Assembly: GCA_024277435.1 (NCBI GenBank)
Contig: JAJRVJ010000009.1
Location: 1,226-65,225 of the forward strand
Origin: Patescibacteria group bacterium
GTDB lineage: Bacteria; Patescibacteriota; Patescibacteriia; UBA9570
Direction: 5' to 3'
Length of the DNA stretch: 64,000 nt
The translations under genes were made by a program, and so were the position numbers. The notes beneath the pieces were generated by a model. That model searched no databases. It had not been told where the DNA came from and saw nothing but the letters and a program-made list of their open reading frames with translations. This document shows positions 32,491-42,266 of the stretch, piece after piece. How positions within the stretch are numbered: position 1 is the stretch's first letter; each line of letters starts with the position of its first letter.

Positions 32491-32847
32491 TTAGCCCTTA
32501 GTAACAAAATAAATACCTAAAATAATAACGCCGGCACCTAGCCATTGCCAACCATTTACTTTTTCTTGCAATACTATCATTGCCAATAAAATACTAAACA
32601 CATACGACATACCCATAATTGGATATGCATAACTTACATTTGCTTTCGATAAAATCACTAACCACAACCCTAGAGAGAAGCCATATAACACGGTACCGCC
32701 TAATATAAAAGGATTAACAGCTGCTTTCAAAAAAAATTGAACTAACTTATCTGGATCCAGTACCCCAACCTTATTTACACCTAATTTCAATACAATTTGT
32801 GCTGTAGCGGTAATAATAGCGTTAAATATAATGAGTCCAAATACCAT
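32491..32847 (-). CDS. Small 4-TM DMT/SMR-like protein, ArnE/ArnF-like lipid-linked sugar flippase subunit
   Basis: 118 aa with four hydrophobic helices and an EamA-like pattern. Adjacent to the GT2 and GT-C genes. Confidence 0.55.
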   Translation of the reverse strand: MVFGLIIFNAIITATAQIVLKLGVNKVGVLDPDKLVQFFLKAAVNPFILGGTVLYGFSLGLWLVILSKANVSYAYPIMGMSYVFSILLAMIVLQEKVNGWQWLGAGVIILGIYFVTKG

Positions 32848-32849
32848 AC

Positions 32850-33806
32850 TTATACTTTGTAGTATCCTTTATACCAAACAATAAAATTATGTAACCCATC
32901 TGCTAGGCTAGTTTGAGGTGAAAAATCCAGTAATTCTTTAGCTTTTGAAATATCAGCATAGGTTTTATGTACATCACCTGGCTGCATAGGAAGCATATTT
33001 TTCTTCGATTCAATTCCTAATTCTTTTTCTAGTGTTTCAATCATATACATTAATTCTTCAGTTTGAGAGTTACCTAAATTGATAATTTCATAGCCAAAAT
33101 CTTTATCAAGTGCAGTTACTATTCCCGCAACAATATCATCAATATATGTGAAGTCACGTTGGTGATCGCCATTATTATAGACATCAATAGTATCACCAGC
33201 TAGCATTTTTTGTGTGAACTTGAAGTACGCCATATCTGGCCGACCCCATGGTCCGTACACGGTAAAGAAACGCAACACAATGCAATTCAAACCATATAAG
33301 TGATGATAGGTGTGAGCGAGTAACTCTCCAGCTTTTTTAGTAGCTGCATATGGAGAAACTGGATGATCTACTGGATCAGTCTCCGAAAAAGGTACCTTCT
33401 CATTACCGCCGTATACAGAAGATGTAGAAGCTAACACAAAATCCTTAACATCAAAATCGCGAGCTAACTCTAATAAGTTCAGAGTGCCGTTTACATTGGC
33501 TTGCTCATATATATATGGATTCTCTAACGATGCCCGTACACCAGCCCTCGCTCCTAAATGACAAATCTTATCAAACGCATGCTGCTCAAAAATCTTCCGT
33601 GTTCCTTCTAAATCTGAAAAATCCTGTTCATAGAATGTAAAGCCATCATAAGGCTCTAAAAAAGCCACGCGATCCCGCTTTAATTGAGTATCATAATAAT
33701 CATTAACATTATCGATGCCAATTACTGTATGTCCAGCCTCTAACAATGCTTTAGCTGTGTGACTGCCAATAAATCCTGCTACTCCGGTTACTAAAATGGT
33801 GCTCAT
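32850..33806 (-). CDS. NAD-dependent nucleotide-sugar epimerase (UDP-glucuronate 4-epimerase-like)
   Basis: TGVAGFIGSH...GIDNVNDYYD..LK..R, a YxxxK catalytic pair and a GalE-like fold. Confidence 0.7.
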   Translation of the reverse strand: MSTILVTGVAGFIGSHTAKALLEAGHTVIGIDNVNDYYDTQLKRDRVAFLEPYDGFTFYEQDFSDLEGTRKIFEQHAFDKICHLGARAGVRASLENPYIYEQANVNGTLNLLELARDFDVKDFVLASTSSVYGGNEKVPFSETDPVDHPVSPYAATKKAGELLAHTYHHLYGLNCIVLRFFTVYGPWGRPDMAYFKFTQKMLAGDTIDVYNNGDHQRDFTYIDDIVAGIVTALDKDFGYEIINLGNSQTEELMYMIETLEKELGIESKKNMLPMQPGDVHKTYADISKAKELLDFSPQTSLADGLHNFIVWYKGYYKV

Positions 33807-33815
33807 AGATAATTT

Positions 33816-35153
33816 ATGTATAATAAAGCTGCTGAACTATATCATATGCATACAAAAGCTTCAACTCACATTATTATCATAATTACCCTAGGTTTTATAT
33901 TGGCAATAATACCTTTTATTCAAAGTAATTGGTTGCCAACCTCACCAGATAGCGCAGGCTTAAGTTGTGCCGCTCAACATCTAACCTCCGCTGGAGAATT
34001 TGCTCAAAACCGAACTCGTGGATTTGATTTTCATTATAACCCATGTTGGACGCAACAAACCTATCCTGGAAACCAAGTGTTCACTGCAGGTATTATCACC
34101 ATCACAGGCGCACCTGCTAGTAGTGTTGTGGTATGGCTAAGCATTCTCACATTCATTGCCATTGCCATTGCCATATATATTGCGGTATGGCTAAGCACAG
34201 ATGAACGCACATTAGCTCTCTGGTCTGGATTAGGGGCTATTACATCATTAGCACTGGCTCGCTCACTATTGCTTACACCGCATAATTTATACGGATATTT
34301 AGGAATCATCCTGATTATTTTAGGAATTGTTATCTGGGAACGATCGCGCCACTGGTTGAGTGTTGTACTTATCATTCTGAGCATAGCTTTCCTAACAGTA
34401 TTTCACGCTTTGTCACTAGCCATTGTAGGCATTAGCCTAGCTCTCTATACTCTTGCATCTACATATAAGAAGCCAAAAATACTACTGATACTTTTTGGCG
34501 TATTACTACTAATTAATATTGGCGTTGCGCTCATCATGTTCGGCACCATAAATCCAATCGTGCCAGTTGAAAGTATTTTGGCAATGTCTATACCAGGTAT
34601 CACAAATCCTTGGTACGACCATCCTGCGGTATGGGGATATATCGCAACTAGTATTGGTGCACTTGGTATTGCCTACCGTATTAGCAGCAAAGATATGCAT
34701 CCTGCATTACATCTTGGTATCTGGATTGGCCTTGTAAGTATTTTTTTTGGTCATCCAGAAATTACACAAATTGAAATACTACCAGAACGCGTAATTGCTT
34801 ATGGATGGATACCTCTTGCAATAGCATTAGGCGATGGCGTGCTTGTAAGTACTGGTTGGCTAAAAGCTAAGTGGAGATACCTACTATCAATACTAATTAT
34901 TGCCGGCATGGCGCTACATTTTAGTATCTTTATTCAAGATAGCTATGAAGGCATTAGTAAGCGTTTTATACCTGATACAGATTTTATAGAAAGTATGCAA
35001 TGGTTAGAAACACAACGCACCGATGATACATTCCTCTTAGCAGTAGGAAATACTATTAACCGGAAAATTACCTATTCTGGATTATGGTATTACGGTGATA
35101 GTGCTTGGTATCCATGGTATCGTTTAAATCATAAAAACATCCACGCATTCTAA
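33816..35153 (+). CDS. Large polytopic membrane protein (paralog of 36805 gene); reading frame continues past an in-frame TAA to 35399
   Basis: More than 10 TM segments. The 81 codons after the TAA at 35151 align with the C-terminal domain of the 36805 paralog (TESAQAAVINYGITHMLV vs TESQIKYIQTWDIKYIAI; IVYENDQYLIYEL vs AIYKSDEFSLYQI). Confidence 0.6.
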   Translation: MYNKAAELYHMHTKASTHIIIIITLGFILAIIPFIQSNWLPTSPDSAGLSCAAQHLTSAGEFAQNRTRGFDFHYNPCWTQQTYPGNQVFTAGIITITGAPASSVVVWLSILTFIAIAIAIYIAVWLSTDERTLALWSGLGAITSLALARSLLLTPHNLYGYLGIILIILGIVIWERSRHWLSVVLIILSIAFLTVFHALSLAIVGISLALYTLASTYKKPKILLILFGVLLLINIGVALIMFGTINPIVPVESILAMSIPGITNPWYDHPAVWGYIATSIGALGIAYRISSKDMHPALHLGIWIGLVSIFFGHPEITQIEILPERVIAYGWIPLAIALGDGVLVSTGWLKAKWRYLLSILIIAGMALHFSIFIQDSYEGISKRFIPDTDFIESMQWLETQRTDDTFLLAVGNTINRKITYSGLWYYGDSAWYPWYRLNHKNIHAF

Positions 35154-35408
35154 ACAGTAGATACCACCTACTTCCCAATCGTTTATCTGGAAGACAATCC
35201 GTTACATCAACGTTTAGTTGATCTATACACAATAGTAACCACACCAGATACAGAGTCTGCTCAGGCTGCAGTTATCAACTATGGAATTACGCATATGTTG
35301 GTATGGAAAAAAGGTCCCGAGGCAAAAATATGGAAGGCTCGATTCTCCAACGAATCAATAGTCTACGAAAACGATCAATATCTGATTTATGAATTATAAG
35401 GCCACACT

Positions 35409-35660
35409 ATGAAACGCTCTCACGCTAAAATTCATATTCCCGACTGGCTACGATATATACTTCTCGCCGCTATTCTTATAGTAACCATAACAACTATTAT
35501 CAGCGCCGCCCTTCCAGATCATTTTACCATACTAGGTGACCCGTATCATCACAGCCTAAACTACGCTCCATCACGTGCCTTATGGCCATGGCTTGGAACC
35601 TGGCTCACTATTCTTATAAGTATCGTGTACGGCATATATGTACGCCACACTAAGCGCTAA
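35409..35660 (+). CDS. Small 2-TM membrane protein, hypothetical
   Basis: 83-aa ORF with two hydrophobic helices. Confidence 0.35.
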   Translation: MKRSHAKIHIPDWLRYILLAAILIVTITTIISAALPDHFTILGDPYHHSLNYAPSRALWPWLGTWLTILISIVYGIYVRHTKR

Positions 35661-35989
35661 TCTTCCTTTTGGAAAGGACTATACCCCCTATACCATACTA
35701 CGCAAATACAAATAACTACTACAACGATATATGTGATTAATGTACCAATGTACGTACTTCCAAGTATACGTGTTGCCATCATCTGCAATATTGGAAAAGT
35801 AACAACAGAAATTAACCAAGCATATAATAAACGCTCTCCCTTTGGAATTGTATTAAATGGCCATATTGCTACTGAAATAATATAGCCAATTCCGAAATAC
35901 ACTACAAAACTGGCAAGTAATACAAACATAATCATACTATGACAGCATAGCGATGGATAGATTGCTTGTAAAGTCAAAATCCGATACAA
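35657..35989 (-). CDS. Small 3-4-TM membrane protein (GtrA-like?), hypothetical
   Basis: 110-aa hydrophobic ORF. Converges with 35409 and overlaps it by 4 nt. Confidence 0.4.
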   Translation of the reverse strand: MYRILTLQAIYPSLCCHSMIMFVLLASFVVYFGIGYIISVAIWPFNTIPKGERLLYAWLISVVTFPILQMMATRILGSTYIGTLITYIVVVVICICVVWYRGYSPFQKED

Positions 35990-36001
35990 TCAAAATGTTT
36001 T

Positions 36002-36808
36002 ATGAAAAAATACATTACTAATTCTGTCGGATATACAATTGTAGCGCTGCTTGGTTTAGCTCCAATACTACTGTTACTAGCTATATATTCACCATATCCC
36101 GGAATTATCTACATGCGACAAACATTTCGACCAAGCCCTGCTGCACAAAAGCTAGGTGTAAGTAATTTTTTTCCAGACTCCTCGTTATCTCCCGGAATAA
36201 ACCCAATTGAAAATTACCAAATACGTACCATTAATGATGCGGTTGACTTCACCGTAAAAAAAATACCCCGCACCACTTCTGCGGTAATGTACATTAATAT
36301 GAAGCAAAATGCAGCCGCTAGCGCATTACTGCACATAAGCGACACTGGTGGAGATGTCTCATATCGACTACTTGGAGCTGATGATTTTATTTCAAGTCTA
36401 CTAAAAAATGAAGACTATACGTACATTCAAGACCCTGAAACAGATATTACACTCTTCCAAAAAAAGACAAGTGCGTATTCTAGTATAAAAGAATTTATGA
36501 GTAATCCGCCGCGTAGTACCATTGGCCTTTACTATCCCCCATCGGATCAGCTAGACTCTTTTATTGAAAAAATACATACCACGCCACTTCACGCGAAAAA
36601 AAATAAACTAGCAAACGGTAATATCACTCTACCTAACTATATCATTACTTCCTGGCAAAATATCAACAATGATGAATTTGTTGAATATGAATTAAACTGG
36701 AATATGAACGCCCTTGCCATTGAACGGCAAGATTACTTTGCGTTTCGATTACGACCAAGTAGTGAGTATCCCATTACTATCAAACCAATTATCGTAGGAA
36801 TGCAATGA
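36002..36808 (+). CDS. N-terminally anchored hypothetical protein
   Basis: One N-terminal TM segment. Its stop overlaps the next gene's start as ATGA. Confidence 0.5.
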   Translation: MKKYITNSVGYTIVALLGLAPILLLLAIYSPYPGIIYMRQTFRPSPAAQKLGVSNFFPDSSLSPGINPIENYQIRTINDAVDFTVKKIPRTTSAVMYINMKQNAAASALLHISDTGGDVSYRLLGADDFISSLLKNEDYTYIQDPETDITLFQKKTSAYSSIKEFMSNPPRSTIGLYYPPSDQLDSFIEKIHTTPLHAKKNKLANGNITLPNYIITSWQNINNDEFVEYELNWNMNALAIERQDYFAFRLRPSSEYPITIKPIIVGMQ

Positions 36809-38733
36809 ATATGCTAAAAATATTGAAAGACTGGATAATCGAAATAATGCGCATAATGTTCATCCCGCTAATTATAGCGTATCTATTATTAGTAGTTACT
36901 GATGGAGTTAACCAAGATATTATTAGTCCATTTATTATTATTTCCGACTTTTCTATCCCACTTATATTCGTAGCGATAGGGTACGGTGCGCATATGTATG
37001 CAAATAAAAAGGTAAAAACCGCACTTTCAAAAAAAGCTCAGTGGACTATCCACACTAGCATCGCATCGATAATTGCCATTATCACATGGATCGCATTACA
37101 AGATTCATTGATCCTCTACAAAATAATATGTGCTCTGATCATAATGGTTGGATCACTATCTGCATACATTGCACAAAATAAATCACAAAAACGTTGGGCT
37201 ATTATTTCCATAGTTACTGTGTGTATTTTAGCTACCGCGTTGATAATTTCTTTCATTGCACAATACGAAATAGGTTTTATATCATTTGATTTTTGGAATC
37301 ACTATAACTCTAGTAAGGTCTATTCACTTACTGGAGTAGTTGGGTCATTACTATTATCGTATCAATCTTTTTATGTACTAATTGGTAGCATTCTCAATTT
37401 AACAAATACAAGCATTGCAAACGCACAAATTGTGTACACACTAAGTGTAGCTATGGTATATCTTCTTGGTGCATATAGTATGTACTATATAGGTTGTAAC
37501 CTAGGTAGTCGTCGCTATGGAATCATTAGCGCCATTATCTTCGCTTTATTTCCAATGACCACCTGGGGTGGGGCGGGATTCTTTATTCCTAATACCCTCT
37601 CTCTTATTGTATGGCCTCTACTGTTCTACTTTGGAATGCAAAAAAGGAGCAAACGTTCCATATTTCTATTCATATTAAGCGGCTTAGTTATCTTCTTATA
37701 TCATCCTTGGGATTTAGGAATTATTTTACCAGCGTTTATTATCTGGAAAGTATTCTTACAAAAACATGTTAAAGGTTTTATTTTGTGGTTTATAGTTTTT
37801 TCTGTGGGCTTTATAAGCACAGAAATTATACTGTTTATATTTGCTCCTGATTTATTCTTTTCACTACATGATTGGCTACCAAATTTTTATGGAATTTACA
37901 ATAACATAATCAGCACCATAAATACTCAATCTAGCTTCAATCCTCAGGTATTGTTTACACTAAAAAATATTTTCATTACACCTCTAGCAATAATTGGATC
38001 ATTATTTGTAATCATACGGTACATCCAAGAGCGCAATACAGGTAAATTACAGCCTATCACAAAATTCTTACTTGCTCATGTAATATTACTATATCTACTG
38101 CTATTTCTTGGATTTATTTTCGCATATAATTTTCGCATTGTTGTATTTGTCTTATTTGTCTGTGTACCGCTAGCCGCATACATGCTTCATCAATTATCAC
38201 GCCGTCATATAATAACTGGCTCTATGATCTTAGGCCTATCATTTAGTGCCCTACTATTACACAACGTAAATGTATATACAATATTAAATGGCTCAACCTA
38301 TAGTTCTCAATCGGAAAGTCAAAACATATATGCAGGACTCAAACAGATTGATCAAGAGGCTATTATACTTACCGACCCATACAGCCGTACATTTCTTATA
38401 GCGCTTGGAGCTCGCTATCGCATCCATACTAATCCTGATGAAGAAAATGAATACTATCAGATTTTTCATGAGCAAGATTGGACAGAGTCTCAGATTAAAT
38501 ATATTCAAACATGGGATATTAAATATATTGCTATTACAAATCGTACCGTAGAATGGGCACGAACCGGTAAGCCAACAACTGCTGTAACCAACTACTTATC
38601 AAGAATTGATAGCTTTATTTCCACAAAAGAAACCCTGACAGATAAACTATCAGGCGATCTCAAAGCTATTTATAAGAGTGATGAATTTTCACTCTACCAG
38701 ATTCCGGAAGATCCGGCTGCGCTACTGTATTAA
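36805..38733 (+). CDS. Large polytopic membrane protein (>12 TM) with C-terminal extracytoplasmic domain; putative GT-C-like glycosyltransferase/polymerase
   Basis: 642-aa paralog of the 33816 gene. No confident family assignment. Confidence 0.55.
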   Translation: MNMLKILKDWIIEIMRIMFIPLIIAYLLLVVTDGVNQDIISPFIIISDFSIPLIFVAIGYGAHMYANKKVKTALSKKAQWTIHTSIASIIAIITWIALQDSLILYKIICALIIMVGSLSAYIAQNKSQKRWAIISIVTVCILATALIISFIAQYEIGFISFDFWNHYNSSKVYSLTGVVGSLLLSYQSFYVLIGSILNLTNTSIANAQIVYTLSVAMVYLLGAYSMYYIGCNLGSRRYGIISAIIFALFPMTTWGGAGFFIPNTLSLIVWPLLFYFGMQKRSKRSIFLFILSGLVIFLYHPWDLGIILPAFIIWKVFLQKHVKGFILWFIVFSVGFISTEIILFIFAPDLFFSLHDWLPNFYGIYNNIISTINTQSSFNPQVLFTLKNIFITPLAIIGSLFVIIRYIQERNTGKLQPITKFLLAHVILLYLLLFLGFIFAYNFRIVVFVLFVCVPLAAYMLHQLSRRHIITGSMILGLSFSALLLHNVNVYTILNGSTYSSQSESQNIYAGLKQIDQEAIILTDPYSRTFLIALGARYRIHTNPDEENEYYQIFHEQDWTESQIKYIQTWDIKYIAITNRTVEWARTGKPTTAVTNYLSRIDSFISTKETLTDKLSGDLKAIYKSDEFSLYQIPEDPAALLY

Positions 38734-40680
38734 ACGAGTAAGTTCCTCGTGAAGAATTTTGGAAACCCGTTCTATGGAATGATGTTTTCTAAAATATTGA
38801 CTTCCATTATCTCCAGCTTCTTGCAATTGTCGCGGATTACTTAAAATATCGTCAAGCAATGCACGTAATGTTTCAAAAGAATTTTGAGCTACCCATCCTA
38901 ATGCATGCTCTGTAATAATATTATCGGGATTTGCTGATAGACTCATAATAGGAGTGCCGTGCAATCCCGCTTGAATAAATGTATTTGGAAACCCCTCCAC
39001 TCGCGATGTATTCACAAATAGTTTAGCCTTACTAAAATATTCCCCAATTACATCAAAATCAACTTGATCATGAAATGTTACATTACTTAGCGCATTTACC
39101 TCTTGCTGTACGGAAGTAAATAGCACTTCATCACCTTTATTACAAATCATCACAAATTGCTCATCAGGAAATGCTTCAGCCAACCTTAAGAATACCATTG
39201 GTTGCTTCATTTCATGTGCGCGACCAACCCATAAAATACTATCTTTGATAGCACCCAATTCATCCTTACGCAATAAAAAGCCATTTGGTAAAAGCGTAAC
39301 ATGCGCCCCCATTTTTTCTAATAGAGATTGATGATTAGAATTTTGAGCAAAAAATTCTGTGGTATTATGCAACCCATACCTGTACGACTTACTCGCCAAC
39401 CAACTTGCACTATCGATAAATTCACCATTCACATCTATATCTGATGCTGTCATGTATACACCCCGCTTACGCGCCATTTTACAAAACCATGCTACAAGCC
39501 CAACTTCAAATGATGCAGAACGCGAAATATAAATATCTGCATTTATACGCTGGAAATCCAATAGCAATTTTAGCGTCCTCCAAAAACCAACAAATATGTT
39601 TGTGGATGCAGTATTGCGTACTTGCCAATATGTAATGTCGTTTTCACACACTAGCTTGGGTATGTCTTGAATCGCAGATACAACATGAATATCATATCCG
39701 TCACCATAACTACGACGTAACTCCTCCACTAACTGAAATAATTGAACCTCACTACCTCCAAAAACGCCTCCTCCTGGGTGGGAAACATTATACATATCAT
39801 AATTCACAATACATATACGTGTTTTTTCAGGTGGCGTTTTTTTAAACTCTAAAGCAATATCCATACCCTGATACTCCATGCCGAACATTACAAGAAAACG
39901 ATATATAATTCGCTTTATCGCTCTTGGTAATAAAGTGGTAACTATACTTAATCTGCCGCTCATCTCACGTTGCCATTCAACTGAAAAAAACTTTCCACCA
40001 TATTTTCGAGAAACTGCGCGAGATTCCTTCCAGAACTGATCGGCTCTACCTCCAGTTTTTGATTCTTCATGAATACGGAAGTGTCCTAATACCACAGGCA
40101 ATAACTCAATAGTCGTTTCTAATCCTATGCGAATATAGTAATCCTTATCCATCGAAAAATGTAATGACTCATCAAAATATCCAACACTGTCTAGTAATTC
40201 TCTTCGCCAAAAAACTGTGATATACGCCATAAACATCGTCTCATTCAATAATGCATCAAGAGAAAATTCCTGTGTTGGTAATAGATATTCTTCAGCCTGA
40301 CCATTCGTAGTGTTATATGCTAGGCACTTACCATACACCATACCCACCTCGGAATGTTCTTTAAAATGTTTGACGACAGCTTGAAATGCACCAGGCTCAA
40401 ACCAATCATCGGTACTTAGCCATACTACGATATCACCAGTAGCTTTACGTAAACCCTTATTCAAGGCATCGGACTGCCCTGTATCTGATTCAGAAATAAA
40501 TTTCACCTTATCCGGATACTTCTCCTGATACGCCTCTAGAATTTCAATGCTGTTGTCCGTGGATTCACCGTCATAAATAATATGCTCCCAATCTGCATGG
40601 CTTTGCTGCGTAACGCTATCAATAGCCTGCTGCAAATATTGCCCCTGGTTAAACGATGGAGTAACTACTGAAATTTTCAT
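38722..40680 (-). CDS. Bifunctional glycosyltransferase: N-terminal GT2 + C-terminal GT4 domains
   Basis: N-terminus ISVVTPSFNQGQYL...YDGESTDNS...LSTDDW. C-terminus GGSEVQLFQL... and EGFPNTFIQAGLHGTPIMS. Confidence 0.75.
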   Translation of the reverse strand: MKISVVTPSFNQGQYLQQAIDSVTQQSHADWEHIIYDGESTDNSIEILEAYQEKYPDKVKFISESDTGQSDALNKGLRKATGDIVVWLSTDDWFEPGAFQAVVKHFKEHSEVGMVYGKCLAYNTTNGQAEEYLLPTQEFSLDALLNETMFMAYITVFWRRELLDSVGYFDESLHFSMDKDYYIRIGLETTIELLPVVLGHFRIHEESKTGGRADQFWKESRAVSRKYGGKFFSVEWQREMSGRLSIVTTLLPRAIKRIIYRFLVMFGMEYQGMDIALEFKKTPPEKTRICIVNYDMYNVSHPGGGVFGGSEVQLFQLVEELRRSYGDGYDIHVVSAIQDIPKLVCENDITYWQVRNTASTNIFVGFWRTLKLLLDFQRINADIYISRSASFEVGLVAWFCKMARKRGVYMTASDIDVNGEFIDSASWLASKSYRYGLHNTTEFFAQNSNHQSLLEKMGAHVTLLPNGFLLRKDELGAIKDSILWVGRAHEMKQPMVFLRLAEAFPDEQFVMICNKGDEVLFTSVQQEVNALSNVTFHDQVDFDVIGEYFSKAKLFVNTSRVEGFPNTFIQAGLHGTPIMSLSANPDNIITEHALGWVAQNSFETLRALLDDILSNPRQLQEAGDNGSQYFRKHHSIERVSKILHEELTRLIQ

Positions 40681-42200
40681 ACCTTTGAACGTGAAGGAAT
40701 AATCTTACTAATATATGACGTGAACAACATCCGATCTTTTTTTGAAAAGATACCAATAACCAATCCAAGTAGAAGTATAAATACTCCAGCTAATAATAAT
40801 GCTAGCAAAACACCCCAAATAGATGATAACAACGATACACTATATCCCAATACAAAATATCCAACGCTCCCGATAATTAATAGCTTTACATAGATCATAA
40901 ACATCGATGTGTGCTGAACGCGTAACTTTCGCTCAATCATATATATATATATTGGTACAGGCCACTGAGCTATGAGTAATCCATACGCAGCGCCTTCAAT
41001 ATTAAATATTGGGATAAGAGTTGCTGTTAACGCTATATTAGAAATAACAATAGTGGCAATTACAGCAGCATTGGTCTTGGGTTTATCAAAACCAGCGAAA
41101 AAATAAAATGGAATTGCCGTAAGTGCATACAAACCATAACACACAACCAAAACCTGCATAATATACGCCGACTCAATAATATATGCATCACCCAACCAGT
41201 AACCAATAAATGGCTCTGCGTATACGATAAGTGGAATAACCATAGCCAATATAAACGTATAGGTAAATTTAGAAGCGCGTATATACAATTCCCGCAGTGC
41301 ATCTAGTCTCTGCTGTGTAAATAGTTCTGTTGATAGCGGAAATAATACATTATTGAGCGTTGCAATAAGTGCATGAATTTTCATAGCAATGGTCACTGGA
41401 ATTGCATAAAATGTTACAACAGTTGATCCTAAAAATGCGCTAATTAAAAATTTATCAAATTGAAATAACATATTACCAGCTATTGTTGCAATAAACGTAA
41501 AGCCCGCAAAATTCATTATTTTTTTCACAAGTCGCTTGTCCCAAGCAAGAACAAATGTGAAGTCAGGTAGTAATCGCTTTAATAAAATAATGTATCCAAT
41601 CAATAATGTAAGAGATGTAGCAGCGTTTACTAATAAAATAGCCAACAAACTTGGATGCAACCATAAAATGAACACAAGCACCGCCGTAAGGGCCATTGCG
41701 TTTATCAATACAACTATTGTATTAAGATGATATTTTTGCAAAGCTCGTGGAACCGCGCTCAATACACCATTGGCTAAATTAAAAAGTAAACTACCCACAG
41801 CCAACAGTAAACCGATTTTACTCACGTCACGTAGCTCTTCTGGAATCTTCAGTAAAGTAATGATAGAATCAGCGCCTAGCATCACAACAACGAATAACAC
41901 CACACCTAAACCAAGAAAGATGATGAGATTCGTACTAATAACTTTATTAACCTGTCTTGTGTCACCACGCGTATATGCTTCTGAAATATACCGTACAGAA
42001 GCTGATGCTAATCCAAGATCCAGAAACGATAATATGCCAATAACCGATAATAGCAGTGTATACACACCATATTGATCATCACCTAATGCACTCAATATAA
42101 ATGGAGTGATAGCAAAAGCTATCACAATAGACCAGCTAAACGCTAGTACATTACTCAGTGCATTAGTGATGGTTTGATGGGCCTTTTTCATAACAAACAT
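40677..42200 (-). CDS. Wzx-like MOP-superfamily polysaccharide flippase
   Basis: About 12-14 TM segments and a PST-family pattern. I chose the start at the Met preceding KKAHQTITNALSNVL; the ORF extends to 42272. Confidence 0.7.
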   Translation of the reverse strand: MFVMKKAHQTITNALSNVLAFSWSIVIAFAITPFILSALGDDQYGVYTLLLSVIGILSFLDLGLASASVRYISEAYTRGDTRQVNKVISTNLIIFLGLGVVLFVVVMLGADSIITLLKIPEELRDVSKIGLLLAVGSLLFNLANGVLSAVPRALQKYHLNTIVVLINAMALTAVLVFILWLHPSLLAILLVNAATSLTLLIGYIILLKRLLPDFTFVLAWDKRLVKKIMNFAGFTFIATIAGNMLFQFDKFLISAFLGSTVVTFYAIPVTIAMKIHALIATLNNVLFPLSTELFTQQRLDALRELYIRASKFTYTFILAMVIPLIVYAEPFIGYWLGDAYIIESAYIMQVLVVCYGLYALTAIPFYFFAGFDKPKTNAAVIATIVISNIALTATLIPIFNIEGAAYGLLIAQWPVPIYIYMIERKLRVQHTSMFMIYVKLLIIGSVGYFVLGYSVSLLSSIWGVLLALLLAGVFILLLGLVIGIFSKKDRMLFTSYISKIIPSRSKV

Positions 42201-42266
42201 AGTGAGTGTAGCGGCAATATACACTACAGTCAACGTACATATAAAGCTATGTGCTATACTGGGACT

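Noticed and set aside
42174-42266. Long N-terminal extension of the RNA methyltransferase ORF overlapping the Wzx-like gene by ~100 nt
   Set aside because: The extension (MMGLFHNKHSECSGNIHYSQRTYKAMCYTGT) has no methyltransferase N-terminal character and overlaps a membrane-protein gene on the other strand. The internal Met at 42267 is preferred.
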